From contig NZ_JAQNDL010000003.1 of the NCBI RefSeq assembly GCF_028368995.1, forward strand, positions 2,272,001 to 2,336,000: DNA of 64,000 bases. The letters run 5' to 3'. Shown here piece after piece: positions 32,265 to 44,701 of this stretch (positions within the stretch are counted from its first letter, which is position 1; each line of letters opens with the position of its first letter). This DNA is from Nannocystis bainbridge (GTDB lineage: Bacteria; Myxococcota_A; Polyangia; Nannocystales; Nannocystaceae). A program made the translations under genes and the position numbers. The notes below the pieces were generated by a model. That model ran no database searches, had not been told where the DNA came from, and saw only the letters and a program-made list of their open reading frames with translations.

Positions 32265-33121
32265 CCCCCGCGCCAGCGCCACCACAGCGTCAGCAGCGAC
32301 GCCGACAGCAGCACGAACAGCGCGTACAGCAGCGGCAGCCACAGCATCCGCTCGTGCAGCGCCGCCGGGAAGCTGGCGAGGATGATCCCGAGCGCCAGCG
32401 GGCTGTTTTGGATCCCCGTCTCGAACGCGATCGCGCGCCGGGCCGCCTGCGACGTCTCGAGCAGCGCCGCTAGCAGGTAGCCGAGCACGAAGCCGAGCAC
32501 CCCGAGCCCGATCGCCGCCGCGTACATCGCCGGCGTCGTCTGGGCCAGCAGCGCCCCGTTGTGCACCAGGCCGGTCACGATCAGCAGCCCCAGCACCCCG
32601 ATCCCCGACAGGCTGCCGACCTTCTCGAGCACCGCCGCCGCGCGCGGCCAGCGGGCGCGGATCGCCATGCCCAGCGCCAGCGGCACCAGCATCACCGCCA
32701 GCGTCGTCGTGATGTTGCCGTACGGCACCTTGAGCGCCGCGTCGGTGAACGCGCTGGCGTAAAGCATCAACAGCAATGGCATCACTACCACCGCGACGAT
32801 CGTCGACAGCGCCGTCATGCTGATGCTGAGCGCCACGTCGGCGCGGGCGTAGTACGTGAAGAGGTTCGAGGTCGTGCCGCCGGGCGTGCAGCCGACGATG
32901 ATCAGGCTGATCGCCTGGTCGTTCGGCAGGTCGAGCGCCCTGGCCAGCGCGAACGCGATCAGCGGCATCCACCCGTACTGCGAGGCCAGACCGATCAGCG
33001 GCCCGCGCGGGCGCTTCAGCACCGCGCGGAAGTCGGCCACCGTCAACGACGCGCCCATCCCCATCATCAGGACGACGAGGAGCAGGGCCAGCAGCGCCTG
33101 TTCGAGGCCGGACAGCATCAC
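32243..33121 (-). CDS. Bile acid:sodium symporter (SBF/BASS) family transporter
   Basis: MMGMGASL, QYGWMP, GCTPGGTTSN, ETGIQN. Confidence 0.9.
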   Translation of the reverse strand: MMLSGLEQALLALLLVVLMMGMGASLTVADFRAVLKRPRGPLIGLASQYGWMPLIAFALARALDLPNDQAISLIIVGCTPGGTTSNLFTYYARADVALSISMTALSTIVAVVVMPLLLMLYASAFTDAALKVPYGNITTTLAVMLVPLALGMAIRARWPRAAAVLEKVGSLSGIGVLGLLIVTGLVHNGALLAQTTPAMYAAAIGLGVLGFVLGYLLAALLETSQAARRAIAFETGIQNSPLALGIILASFPAALHERMLWLPLLYALFVLLSASLLTLWWRWRGGQSQRGT

Positions 33122-33168
33122 CTCATGCTCGCACGCGGCCGGCCGGGCGGCAACCGGGCCGACCGGTG

Positions 33169-33975
33169 CTAACCTGTCTTTTCAGACATGTCCGAACGGC
33201 CCTGCGCGCGCACCGGCGGGCGCTCCTCGGTGAACAGCCGCAGCGCGAACTGACCGGCGGGGGTCGCCCGCGTGCGCGCGGCCCAGTCCGCGGCCGCGGG
33301 CGTCAGCCGGTCCAGCGGCAGCGGATAGCCGTAGCGCGGGGTCATCAGCGCCGGCCCCGAGAGCGCCGCGAACGTCAGGTCGGCCGCCGTGAAGCGGTCG
33401 CCGACCAGGAAGCGCCGGCCGTCCTGCAGCAGCGCCGCGACCTCGACGTAGATCTCGTCCAGCCGCGCCTGCGAGCGCGCCGTCGGCCCCGGGTACAGCC
33501 CCAACGCCCGCCGCATCAACGCCTGCATCGGCACCGTCAGCAAGCGACCGATCCGCCGCTCCCACGCCGGCCCGGTCGACGTGACCAGGTCGCGCGTCCG
33601 GCCGCGGTCGCCGAACATGTGGGCATAGGCAACCCGCCGCACGGCCGGCCCGAGCGACCGATCGAACAGCGTCACCAGCCGCTCGACCTCGGCGCGCAGC
33701 GCCGGCTCGGCGGGGAACAGCTTGCGCTCGCCCGGCAGGTGCTCGTCGGCGAAGCGGAGGATGTCGCTCGACTCGCCGAGCACACCACGCGGCGTCACCA
33801 GGGCCGGCACGGTGCGCTTGGCACCGGCGGCGCGGTTGGCCGCGAAGTGGAGGATCGGGACGTGGTCGTCCTCGACGTAGTCGAGGCCGGCGTGGTCGAG
33901 GGCCCAGCGGGCCTTCTCGCAGTAGTGGCTGAAGCCGATCGTGATCAGCCGCAGCGGCGCACCCGAGCGGCTCAC
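33169..33975 (-). CDS. Glutathione S-transferase-family protein
   Basis: FSHYCEKARWAL, TVPAL, ESSDI, FLVGDRFTAADLTFAAL; GTG start inferred. Confidence 0.85.
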   Translation of the reverse strand: MSRSGAPLRLITIGFSHYCEKARWALDHAGLDYVEDDHVPILHFAANRAAGAKRTVPALVTPRGVLGESSDILRFADEHLPGERKLFPAEPALRAEVERLVTLFDRSLGPAVRRVAYAHMFGDRGRTRDLVTSTGPAWERRIGRLLTVPMQALMRRALGLYPGPTARSQARLDEIYVEVAALLQDGRRFLVGDRFTAADLTFAALSGPALMTPRYGYPLPLDRLTPAAADWAARTRATPAGQFALRLFTEERPPVRAQGRSDMSEKTG

Positions 33976-34256
33976 GAAGCGGCGGTGAGCTTCTCGAGCT
34001 CCTTGTTCAGCGTCTCCTCGATCTTGCCCTTGAGGGGCGTGAGCATGAAGCCGAGGTCGAGGTTCACGTCGACCTTGCTCTCGCTGATGATCAGCTTGCC
34101 CTCGACGCCGGTCCCCTTGACGTTGAGGGTGCGATCGTCGGCCCACGAGGTCTTGGCCTGGTACTTCTCCTGGAGCTTGGCGCCGAGAGTGGCGATCCGT
34201 TCCTTGATCACGGCGGGCTCGAGGGAGTGATTGCGGGACAGGTTGATCTTCGGCAT
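33972..34256 (-). CDS. Polyhydroxyalkanoate system (PHA granule region) family small protein
   Basis: MPKINLSRNHSL...KYQAKTSW...GTGVEG...LGFMLTPLKGKIE. Confidence 0.75.
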   Translation of the reverse strand: MPKINLSRNHSLEPAVIKERIATLGAKLQEKYQAKTSWADDRTLNVKGTGVEGKLIISESKVDVNLDLGFMLTPLKGKIEETLNKELEKLTAAS

Positions 34257-34364
34257 CGGCGTGTCTTGATACCAAAAAGGCCGCGGTCCCTGCAAACCGG
34301 CGGCGGTGGGGGCGCCAGGGCGACCGCGGGCTTTCGTCACAAATTTGGCCCGCGGGGCGGCCCC

Positions 34365-35342
34365 GTGGAAGCTGCGGCCGTGCTCCAAAGCGTCAGCGCC
34401 ACCGAGACCGCTCTGCCTCCTTCGGACCTGCGAGTGCCCGCGGACCCGAAGGCAACCGCGCAGGCTCCGGCTGCGGCCCCTCAGTCGGGTCCGGCCCGGG
34501 CCACGAGCGCGCGCGCGGCTACGCCGGCGCAGAAGCCCCTGCCGGAGCCGACCTGGCGCTCGCCCGACAACCGAGCTCGGCTTTACAAGGGCGACTGCCT
34601 CGAGATCTTGGAGCGCGTCCCGGCCGACTCCGTCGACGTGATCTTCGCCGATCCCCCGTACTTCCTCTCGAACGGCGGCAGCACCTGCCGCGCGGGCAAG
34701 CGGACCAGCGTCGACAAGGGCGCGTGGGACAAGTCGAACGGCATCGAGGAGAACCACGCGTTCAACCATCGGTGGCTGAGCGCGTGTCAGCGGGCGCTCA
34801 AGCCCAACGGCACGATGTGGGTCTCGGGCACCAGCCACGTGATCTACTCGGTCGGCTACGCGATGCAGCAGCTCGGCTTCAAGATGCTCAACGAGATCGT
34901 GTGGGAGAAGCCGAACCCGCCGCCGAACCTGTCGTGCCGCTACTTCACGCACGCGACCGAGACGCTGCTGTGGGCGGCCAAGAGCCGCAAGAGCCGGCAC
35001 GTGTTCAACTACGACCGCATGCGCGAGATCAACGACGGCAAGCAGATGAAGTCGGTGTGGCGGTTTACCGCGCCCGGCCAGAAAGAGAAGCTGCTCGGCC
35101 GCCACCCGACGCAGAAGCCCGTGGCCCTGCTCGAGCGCCTGCTGCTCGCCTCCTGCCCCGAGGGCGCCCAGGTGCTCGATCCGTTCAACGGCTCCGGCAC
35201 CACCGGCGTCGCCGCCGTCAGCCTCGGCCACAGCTACATGGGCATCGACCTCGAGCAGGAATACATCGACCTGACCCAGGCCCGCCTGCTCGACGCCGTG
35301 CCCTCCCTGCGCGAGCGACCCGCCCTGCAAGTGGTGCGCTGA
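34365..35342 (+). CDS. Beta-class N6-A/N4-C DNA methyltransferase (DpnA-like), orphan; start uncertain
   Basis: GDCLE, IFADPPYFLSNGG, WEKPNPPPNLSCRYFTH, HPTQKP, DPFNGSGTT. Confidence 0.9.
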   Translation: MEAAAVLQSVSATETALPPSDLRVPADPKATAQAPAAAPQSGPARATSARAATPAQKPLPEPTWRSPDNRARLYKGDCLEILERVPADSVDVIFADPPYFLSNGGSTCRAGKRTSVDKGAWDKSNGIEENHAFNHRWLSACQRALKPNGTMWVSGTSHVIYSVGYAMQQLGFKMLNEIVWEKPNPPPNLSCRYFTHATETLLWAAKSRKSRHVFNYDRMREINDGKQMKSVWRFTAPGQKEKLLGRHPTQKPVALLERLLLASCPEGAQVLDPFNGSGTTGVAAVSLGHSYMGIDLEQEYIDLTQARLLDAVPSLRERPALQVVR

Positions 35343-35554
35343 ACGTTGTCGCCAGCGCGGGCGCCTCGTCTCGCACCGCGCGCGCCTGCCGAACCGACGA
35401 AGATCTCGGCATCGCGGCAGTGACTCGCGACGCAGCGACGATCTGGCCGTCGCCGCTCGGCCGCCCTGCGCGAGCCGATTAAACGCGAACGGCGGCGATC
35501 GCTCGCCGCCGCGGTCGCTCGCTGTCACGAGCGACCTGTCCCTTCGGACAGGCC

Positions 35555-36109
35555 TCAGACCTCGGTGATCTCGGCTTCCTTCTTGGCCAGGATCTCCTCG
35601 GTCTGCTTGATGAACTTGTCGTGCATCTCCTGGACCTTCTCGAGCGCCTTCTTGAGCTCGTCCTCGGTGATCTCGCGGCCCTTCTCGGCCTCCTTGAGGA
35701 ACTCGTTGGCCTCGCGGCGCGACTGGCGGATCGCCACCTTGGCCTCCTCGCCGAGGTCCTTGACCTGCTTGACCAGGCCCTTGCGGCGGTCGCCGGTGAG
35801 CGGCGGGATCGCCAGGCGGATCACCACGCCGTCGCTCTGCGGATTGATGCCGAGGTTGGCGGCGTTGATGGCGCGCTCGATCGGCCCGATCATGTTGCGG
35901 TCCCACGGCTTGACGACGAGCAGGCGGGCGTCGCCGATCGAGACGGTGGCGCACTGGTTGAGCGGCATCAGGGTGCCGTAGTTCTCGACGCGGATCTCGT
36001 CGAGCATGGCGGGGTTGGCCCGGCCGGCGCGGACCTTGGAGACCGCCTTGCGCAGGTGGTCGAGCGCCTTGTCCATACCGTCTTGGGCCAGTTCGAGTGC
36101 GTCGTTCAT
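35555..36109 (-). CDS. frr: Ribosome recycling factor
   Basis: RAGRANP, YG, NPQSDG, IPPLT, AKVAIR, KKEAEI; follows pyrH. Confidence 0.97.
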   Translation of the reverse strand: MNDALELAQDGMDKALDHLRKAVSKVRAGRANPAMLDEIRVENYGTLMPLNQCATVSIGDARLLVVKPWDRNMIGPIERAINAANLGINPQSDGVVIRLAIPPLTGDRRKGLVKQVKDLGEEAKVAIRQSRREANEFLKEAEKGREITEDELKKALEKVQEMHDKFIKQTEEILAKKEAEITEV

Positions 36110-36159
36110 GGTCGTGCTCCGTCGTGCGCAGTGGGTGAAGTGGTTCGTATTCGCGCGGG

Positions 36160-36882
36160 TTACTCCGCGCAGACCAGCGTGCCGAGCTCCTCGCCGCAGA
36201 CCACGCGGCGGATATTGTCCCGCCCGAGCATGTTGAAGACAAGGATGGGCAGGCTGTTCTCCTTGCACAAGGAGATCGCCGTGCTGTCCATGACGTTGAG
36301 GCCGCGGGCCAGCACGTCGAGGTAGGTCAAGCGGGTGTAGCGGACCGCGTCGCTGTGCTTGTGCGGGTCCTTGTCGTAGACCCCGTCGACCTTGGTCGCC
36401 TTCATCAGCACGTCGGCGTGGACCTCCATGGCCCGCAGCGCCGCCGCCGTGTCGGTGGTGAAGTAGGGGTTGCCGGTCCCGGCCGCGAAGATGACCACGC
36501 GGCCCTTCTCGAGGTGCCGGGTCGCGCGCCGGCGGATGTACGGCTCGGCGATCTCCTTCATCTCGATCGCCGACATCACCCGCGTGTACACCCCGCGCTG
36601 CTCGAGCGCGTCCTGCAGCGCCAGCGAGTTCATCACCGTCGCCAGCATGCCCATGTAGTCGGCGCTGGCGCGGTCCATGCCCGAGGCCGCGGCCGACAGC
36701 CCGCGGAAGATGTTGCCGCCGCCGATGACCAGCGCGACCTCGACGCCGAGGCCGACGACCTCTTTGACCTCTTCGGAGATCCCGCGCAGGACCTCGCCGT
36801 CGACGCCGTAGCCCTGCGTGCCCTGCAGGGCCTCGCCGGACAGCTTGAGCAGGATCCTCTTGTAGCGGGGGGCAGCTGCCAT
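36160..36882 (-). CDS. pyrH: Uridylate kinase
   Basis: [36 protein letters not shown]. Confidence 0.98.
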   Translation of the reverse strand: MAAAPRYKRILLKLSGEALQGTQGYGVDGEVLRGISEEVKEVVGLGVEVALVIGGGNIFRGLSAAASGMDRASADYMGMLATVMNSLALQDALEQRGVYTRVMSAIEMKEIAEPYIRRRATRHLEKGRVVIFAAGTGNPYFTTDTAAALRAMEVHADVLMKATKVDGVYDKDPHKHSDAVRYTRLTYLDVLARGLNVMDSTAISLCKENSLPILVFNMLGRDNIRRVVCGEELGTLVCAE

Positions 36883-36938
36883 GCGGACCGTCTCTCCGAC
36901 CCGCGGGGCCGGCTCTGGGGAATCATCGTGACGCACAT

Positions 36939-36971
36939 AGCGAGAGAGCGGGGGTCGCCCGCTCTCTCGCT
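36939..36971. terminator. Perfect 14-bp stem-loop between tsf and pyrH (terminator or mRNA-stabilising hairpin)
   Basis: AGCGAGAGAGCGGG-ggtcg-CCCGCTCTCTCGCT; no U tract. Confidence 0.55.
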
Positions 36972-36978
36972 CGCGTCT

Positions 36979-37632
<654 letters not shown>

Positions 37633-37635
37633 GGC

Positions 37636-38547
37636 TCAGTCCTCTTTGGTGACGGTCTCTTCGTCCGGGGTGGCCGCGGCCTCGGGGGCCGGCAGCTGGG
37701 TGCGGCGCGACACGACCTCGACGCGCGGGCCGTCGCCGCCGGTGGTCACGCGGATCGTCTCGGGGGCCTGGTGACCCTCGGGCTCGTTGACCGCGCGCGA
37801 CTTGCCGAGGCGCGCGCCCTCGAGGCAGGCGTCCGCCATCTTGCTGCAGAACAGCTTGATCGCGCGGATGGCGTCGTCGTTGCCGGGGATGACGTGCTGG
37901 ATGAGCCGCGGGTCGGCGTTGGTGTCGGCCACCGCGACCACCGGGATGCCGAGGCGGTTGGCCTCGACCACGGCGATGTGCTCCTTGACCGGGTCGATGA
38001 CGAACACCGCGCCGGGCAGCTTCGGCATGTCCTTGATGCCGCCGAGGTTGCGCTCGAGCTTGCCGCGCTTGCGCTCGAACATCAGCGCTTCCTTCTTGGT
38101 GATCGCCTCGTACGTGCCGTCCTGGCTCATACGCTCGATGTTGCGCAGCTTGTCGACCGACTGGCGCACCGTCGTCCAGTTCGTCAGCGTGCCGCCGAGC
38201 CAGCGGCTGCAGACGAAGAACTGGTTGGCGCGGAAGGCCTCATGGCTCATGACGTCCGAGGCCTGCTTCTTGGTGCCGACGAACAGGACCGGCTTGCCCT
38301 CGGCGGCGATGCCGCGAATGAACGCGTACGCCCGCCGGAACATGACCGCGGTCTGCTGCAGGTCGATGATGTGGATGCCGTTGCGGGCCCCGTAGATGTA
38401 GGGCTTCATGCGCGGGTTCCAGCGCTCGGTCCGGTGACCGAAGTGGACGCCCGCTTCAAGGAGCTGGCGCACGGTGATGATCCGCTGACCGTCCGACATT
38501 TCGAGCGACTGCTGCAGGTCGCTCTGGGAGACATCTTGGTTGCTCAT
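37636..38547 (-). CDS. rpsB: 30S ribosomal protein S2
   Basis: [32 protein letters not shown]. Confidence 0.98.
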   Translation of the reverse strand: MSNQDVSQSDLQQSLEMSDGQRIITVRQLLEAGVHFGHRTERWNPRMKPYIYGARNGIHIIDLQQTAVMFRRAYAFIRGIAAEGKPVLFVGTKKQASDVMSHEAFRANQFFVCSRWLGGTLTNWTTVRQSVDKLRNIERMSQDGTYEAITKKEALMFERKRGKLERNLGGIKDMPKLPGAVFVIDPVKEHIAVVEANRLGIPVVAVADTNADPRLIQHVIPGNDDAIRAIKLFCSKMADACLEGARLGKSRAVNEPEGHQAPETIRVTTGGDGPRVEVVSRRTQLPAPEAAATPDEETVTKED

Positions 38548-38680
38548 CGCTTCTTCTTTCTTGGCGTTGGGCCGCTGCCCCGATCGTCGGACCCCGAACA
38601 CCGCACCCTGCGGTGACGCCACGGGGCCCTCCCGAGGCATGTGTGTTGGTTGGGCGGGCCGTTTAGCACGCACCCCGGCC
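38548..38680 (-). promoter_or_regulatory. Putative rpsB promoter and structured 5' leader
   Basis: Minus strand reads TGCTAAAC followed by a GC-rich discriminator and ACACAC, about 120 nt before rpsB; position resembles known S2 leaders. Confidence 0.35.
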
Positions 38681-38940
38681 ACCGGGCAAGGCGCCGCCGG
38701 TCCCGCCTCCCCGGCGTCCTCACACCCGGACACGCACCTGCAGCGGCCACCGCGAAGCCCCCGGGCCGCCCCGGGCCGCGCGCCCGAACACGTGAGCCTG
38801 CTCGTCTCGCCCCGCGACTCCATCACGCCGCCGTCCCGGTCCAAGCCTCCGAGGCGTCCAGGTCCGCGTCTCACGCGATCGGACAGCCCCGTCGCGGCCC
38901 TCCGGACCAATAGCGCCGAACGCGCAGCCACCCCTGTGAT

Positions 38941-39903
38941 ATGAGCGCCTTGTCGATGTCTCGCCGCCCGCTTCTCGCCCTCGCGTTCGCTCTCGGCGCC
39001 CTCGGCGGTTGCTTCCTCAGCGCCAACCCGCCGCCGTCGTTCCGCTACAACTGCAAGATCGACGGCGACTGCCAGGTGCTCACCTGCCGCGGCGACCTGA
39101 TCGCCATCCCCGACGCCGACGCCGCCGGGCTGCAGCTGGCCGAGGACTGCGACGAGGTGCTCGAGGCCGAAAAGAACAAGTTCTACGAGGCCCGCCAGGC
39201 CTGCCTCGACGGCCTGTGCGAGTACCCGTGCGAGCTCAGCACCGACGTCTGCCCGGCCGACAAGGGCCATAGACTCTGCTTCAACGGCACCTGCGCGACC
39301 GCCTGCGGCTACGACGACGAGCGCTTCCCCAACCCCGACGCCACCTGCTCGCAGTCCCAGAAGTGCGTCCTGTTCGGCGACGACATCGAGCTGGCGCTGA
39401 TCGAAGATCTGTTCGGCAGCAGCAGCGGCAGCGGCAGCAGCAACGGCGGCTTCGGCGGCGGCGGTAGCGGCAGCTCCAGCCTCGAGGACCTCATCGGCAC
39501 CGGCCTGTGCGGCATCCGCTGCGACGCCGAGGGCGCCCGCGCCTGTCCTCCGGGACAGTACTGCAGCGGCGCGATGTGCCTGCCCGACTGCGCCCACGAG
39601 AACGCCACCCCGTGCGCCGACTCGGCCCAGTGCTACGCGTTCGGCGGGTTCTCGACCTGCATCGTCAAGTGCGACCCAGCCGGCGAGAACACCTGCGAGA
39701 AGGGCGAGATCTGCGTCCAGGGCCTCGGCCTGTGCCTTTCGACCTGCCTCGGCGAGGACGCGACCACCTGCCGCGAAGGCCTCACCTGCAGCGAGGAACT
39801 GGCGATCTGCGTGCCCGAGGATCTGCCGGCCGACACCATCGGCACCGACACCGACGTCAGCGACACGGAAGCTCCCACCAGCGAAACCGAGACCAGCGGA
39901 TGA
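38941..39903 (+). CDS. Cys-rich lipoprotein
   Basis: LGGC lipobox; more than 30 Cys; Ser/Gly linker; Thr/Asp tail. Confidence 0.8.
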   Translation: MSALSMSRRPLLALAFALGALGGCFLSANPPPSFRYNCKIDGDCQVLTCRGDLIAIPDADAAGLQLAEDCDEVLEAEKNKFYEARQACLDGLCEYPCELSTDVCPADKGHRLCFNGTCATACGYDDERFPNPDATCSQSQKCVLFGDDIELALIEDLFGSSSGSGSSNGGFGGGGSGSSSLEDLIGTGLCGIRCDAEGARACPPGQYCSGAMCLPDCAHENATPCADSAQCYAFGGFSTCIVKCDPAGENTCEKGEICVQGLGLCLSTCLGEDATTCREGLTCSEELAICVPEDLPADTIGTDTDVSDTEAPTSETETSG

Positions 39904-40616
39904 CCCACCGACCGCTCCACGGCCCCGCGGGCCACGACGTCCCCCGCCGACTGCTGGTCGCCGCGCTGGCGCTCACCACCGCCTGTGCCACGACCGCGGC
40001 CGACCTGCCGCAGCCCGATCGTCGACTGGCCTCGATCGGCAACCTCGGCACCCGCTCGAATTTCGAGATCCGCACGCTCTACGCCGCGCAAGATCCGTCC
40101 CCGCCGCCGGCGGAGGACCGCGCCGGCAAGCGCCGCCGCCCGGTCACGCCGATCCTGTTCTACCTCGGGATCTCGATGGCCGTGGCCGCCGGCGTCGGCA
40201 CGATCGCCACCAGCTTCGCCTCCTACGGCCTGCGTCGCAAGCTCGACGACGGCTACTTCGAGGACGGCTTCACCTACGACGACTACAACCGCACGGTCGA
40301 GAACGGCAACCGCCTCAGCAAGGCCAGCTGGGGCCTCGGCCTGACCGCGGTCGCGTTCGCGGCGATGGCCCTGATCGCCTACAGCGTCGACTGGTCGCGC
40401 TGCGGCCCGCTCGCGCCCAAGCGCCGCCGCGAGACCGCGCCGCGCGGCCGCTGCGAGGAGTTCCACCCCGACCACAAGCCGGCCGATGCGCCGCTGGTCG
40501 TCTCGGGCGAGGCCTCGCCCGCCGGCCCCGGCCTGGCCCCCGGGCCCGCCGCCGAGGGCGCCTCCGCCCAGCCCGGGCCCGCCACCGAGGGCCCCGCCCC
40601 GGCCCCCGGCAACTAG
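39900..40616 (+). CDS. Hypothetical membrane lipoprotein
   Basis: ATG overlaps the upstream stop (ATGA); LTTAC; two hydrophobic segments; Pro/Ala tail. Confidence 0.7.
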   Translation: MTHRPLHGPAGHDVPRRLLVAALALTTACATTAADLPQPDRRLASIGNLGTRSNFEIRTLYAAQDPSPPPAEDRAGKRRRPVTPILFYLGISMAVAAGVGTIATSFASYGLRRKLDDGYFEDGFTYDDYNRTVENGNRLSKASWGLGLTAVAFAAMALIAYSVDWSRCGPLAPKRRRETAPRGRCEEFHPDHKPADAPLVVSGEASPAGPGLAPGPAAEGASAQPGPATEGPAPAPGN

Positions 40617-40627
40617 CGCCCGCGGCC

Positions 40628-42730
40628 ATGTCCTCCGCGCCAGCTGGTCCCGAGGACATGGCGAAGACGCCAGGTCCGAAAGGTCCTGTCGCTACGGACA
40701 TGCCCTCCGGGACAGGCGGGATGACGCCGCACGGACGTGACGACCTGTCCACCGGGACAGACGGCATGAGCTCGCGCGCCCGCGAGGCCGCCTCGCCCGA
40801 CCTGTCCTTCGGGACACCCGGCTCCCTGTCCCCGCGGGTCGCCGTGCTCGGCGTCCTCGCCCTGATCGCCCTCGTTCACGTGCCGCTGCTCGGCTTTCAG
40901 TTCGTCTACGACGACGGCTGGACCCTGGTCGCCAACGGGTTCTTGCGCGCGCCGGCCGACCTCGCGCTGCTGTTCTCGCCCGAGGCGATCGCCCGCCACG
41001 TCCCTGACGCCTTCCGGCCCGGCCTCGTCGTCTTCGACCTCCTCGGCTACCAGCTCATCGGCCTGTCCTCCGGCCTGCACCACGCCCTCTCGATCGCCCT
41101 CCACCTGGGCGTCTGCGCCGTCCTGGTCCGCTGGCTGCGCGTGCTCGGGGCCCCCTTCGACCTGGCCCTCGGGACAGCCGCGCTGTTCGGCCTGCTGGCG
41201 ATCCACGCCGAGGCCGTCGCCGTCGTCTCGTACCGCGAGGACCTCCTGGCCGCCCTGCTCGGCCTCGCCGCCGCCCTCGCCGCCTCGCGCCGCCGCCTCG
41301 CCCTCGCCGCCTTCCTGTCTCTCGGGGCATGTTCGATGAAGCTCAGCGCCGGCGCGATCCCGGCGCTGTGGCTGCTCGCCGAGGGCCTCTCGCCGTGGCG
41401 CCCGCGCCCGCCGGTGACCCACCTGCTGCGCGGCGCCCTCGCCCTCGCCCTCGGCGTCGCCGCCGTGATCGCCTACACCTTCGCCCTCTACGGCGCCCTC
41501 GACCCGTACGGCGCAGGCAACCTGCGCGTCTTCAGCCACCGCGTCGGCCTCGGCCCGGTGCTCGCCGCCTCGCTGCCGATCCACCTCGGCTACTTGCAGC
41601 AGATCCTGGTCCCGCTCGGCCTCTCGCCCGAATACACCGACCGCGCCGCCGGCCTCCGCGAGCCCGCGGTGCTGCTGGCCGGCGCCGCCCTGCTCGCGCT
41701 CGCCGGCTACGGCCTCGCCTGCGCCCGCCGTCGCCCGCTGGTGGCCCTGGCGATCCTCGGCGCCTTCGCCCTCGCCCTGCCGACCAGCAACCTGTTCCCG
41801 ATGCCCAACATGCGGGCCGACCGCTTCATGTACCTGCCGAGCGTGCCGGTCTGCCTCGGCCTGGCCGCGCTCTTGCTGACCGCCGGTCGCTGGCTGTCTC
41901 GACATGTCCCCGAGGACATGCGACTGTTCGCCCGCGTCGCCCCGCTGGCCGCCGTGGTGGTCGTCCAGGGCTCGGTGCGCGTGGCCACGGCCGCGGTCTA
42001 CCGCGACAACTCGCACCTGTGGGGCGTGGCCCACGTGCGCGCCCCCGACTCGGCCCGCGCCCTCGCGGTGCTCGGCGAGCTGGTGCTGCGCAACGTCCCT
42101 GCCGACGCCCCGCGCGAGGACAAGGCCCTGGCGTTCGCCCGCGCCGAGGCCCACTGCCGCAACGCCGAGCGCCACGACCCCCGCTACGAGCTGCCGCAGC
42201 TGTGCTTCGCCCGCCTCGCCGCCGCCCGCGAGGACTGGCCCGAGGCCTACCGCCGCTACCAGGCGGCCCTCGCCGTCAGCCCCGACCGCAACGCGGGGAT
42301 CTTCGCCGGCCTCGCCGAGGTGAGCCTCGACCTGCCCGCGACTTCCGAGACGACACGCACGGACCTGGCCCGCCGTCACCTCGCCGAGGGCCTGGCGAGC
42401 TACCCGTACAGCCCGGAGCTGCACGCGACCGCGGGGCGGATCTTCCATCGCCTCGCCGACCCGGAGCAGGCAACGCTCCATTATCAACGGTCCCTCGCGC
42501 TGGCCCCCGAGCGACCCGAAGCCCTGCTCGCGAACATCGAGCTGCTCCTCGACCTCGGACGTCCGACCGCCGCGACCGAGCTCCTGCTCCACGAAAAAAC
42601 CGCCTGGCTCGCCGCCGATCCCGACGATCGGACCGCGCTTGTCGCGCGGCACCGCGACGCCTTGCGGCTGTTCGAACCTTCATCGATACTCTCAGCCGAC
42701 CCCGTCGGAGTCCTCGCCCATGAGCCGTAA
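40628..42730 (+). CDS. TMTC-like GT-C glycosyltransferase with C-terminal TPRs (true start may be about 40766)
   Basis: FVYDD, FRP, HAEAVAVVSYREDL, ADRFMYLPS, then TPR-like helices. Confidence 0.8.
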   Translation: MSSAPAGPEDMAKTPGPKGPVATDMPSGTGGMTPHGRDDLSTGTDGMSSRAREAASPDLSFGTPGSLSPRVAVLGVLALIALVHVPLLGFQFVYDDGWTLVANGFLRAPADLALLFSPEAIARHVPDAFRPGLVVFDLLGYQLIGLSSGLHHALSIALHLGVCAVLVRWLRVLGAPFDLALGTAALFGLLAIHAEAVAVVSYREDLLAALLGLAAALAASRRRLALAAFLSLGACSMKLSAGAIPALWLLAEGLSPWRPRPPVTHLLRGALALALGVAAVIAYTFALYGALDPYGAGNLRVFSHRVGLGPVLAASLPIHLGYLQQILVPLGLSPEYTDRAAGLREPAVLLAGAALLALAGYGLACARRRPLVALAILGAFALALPTSNLFPMPNMRADRFMYLPSVPVCLGLAALLLTAGRWLSRHVPEDMRLFARVAPLAAVVVVQGSVRVATAAVYRDNSHLWGVAHVRAPDSARALAVLGELVLRNVPADAPREDKALAFARAEAHCRNAERHDPRYELPQLCFARLAAAREDWPEAYRRYQAALAVSPDRNAGIFAGLAEVSLDLPATSETTRTDLARRHLAEGLASYPYSPELHATAGRIFHRLADPEQATLHYQRSLALAPERPEALLANIELLLDLGRPTAATELLLHEKTAWLAADPDDRTALVARHRDALRLFEPSSILSADPVGVLAHEP

Positions 42731-42842
42731 GTTCTTCTCGTTCCTGCTCCTCACGGCCCTCATGATCGCCGCCGGCAGCATGGCCTGTCTGCAGACCGTC
42801 GAAGAGTTCGACAAGCAAGACGAGACCGACGGCGCCACCTGA
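42720..42842 (+). CDS. 40-aa small lipoprotein
   Basis: MSRKFFSFLLLTALMIAAGSMACLQTVEEFDKQDETDGAT; charged N-terminus, hydrophobic core, Cys; overlaps the upstream gene end. Confidence 0.6.
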   Translation: MSRKFFSFLLLTALMIAAGSMACLQTVEEFDKQDETDGAT

Positions 42843-43123
42843 GCCCCGTCTCCCTCGCATCGAGCCCCACCTGGCGCTCGGGACAGGTCGCCCTCCGCGA
42901 CCTCCCGCGCGCCAAATTGTTTTAAACCACTCCGTGAGCCGAGCCCGCGACTTGCGCGGCGTCCCCGGCATCGACCACGAGCTGGCCTCGGGGACAGTCA
43001 CCCCGAGCCCGCCGCGATCCCGGCGCAGACAGGTCCGCGTCGTCCAGGGCAAGTAGTGCCGCCTCGGCGAGGCCAGCGAGGCGCGAGCCTGCGAAGTGAC
43101 CTCCCACGCGTCCGGGCCCCTTG

Positions 43124-43129
43124 TATGTT
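43124..43129 (+). promoter_or_regulatory. -10 half of the circle-junction promoter (the -35 TTGACG lies at 44503-44508)
   Basis: Circularisation gives TTGACG-N18-TATGTT upstream of the predicted RNA. Confidence 0.65.
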
Positions 43130-43134
43130 CCTCG

Positions 43135-44506
<1,372 letters not shown>

Positions 44507-44701
44507 CGCCGCAACACAACTGCTCGCTCGCGTCGCCCGAGCGGGGCGAACCGATCGCGGTCGGCAGCATCGACCTGTCTCTTCGGACAGCTCGACATTT
44601 CCAAGTCAGCCCCGACGCCGCGGCGGCCAGGCCCACGGGAGCCCCTTGCTCCGCGTCCGCACGCCCGTCGGGCCTAGCCGTCGACGAGGCCCCGGGTCCC
44701 T

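Noticed and set aside
34365-35342. This methyltransferase as the writer of TGTC-N6-GACA
   Set aside because: Nothing in the sequence links them, and DpnA-like enzymes typically recognise short sites.
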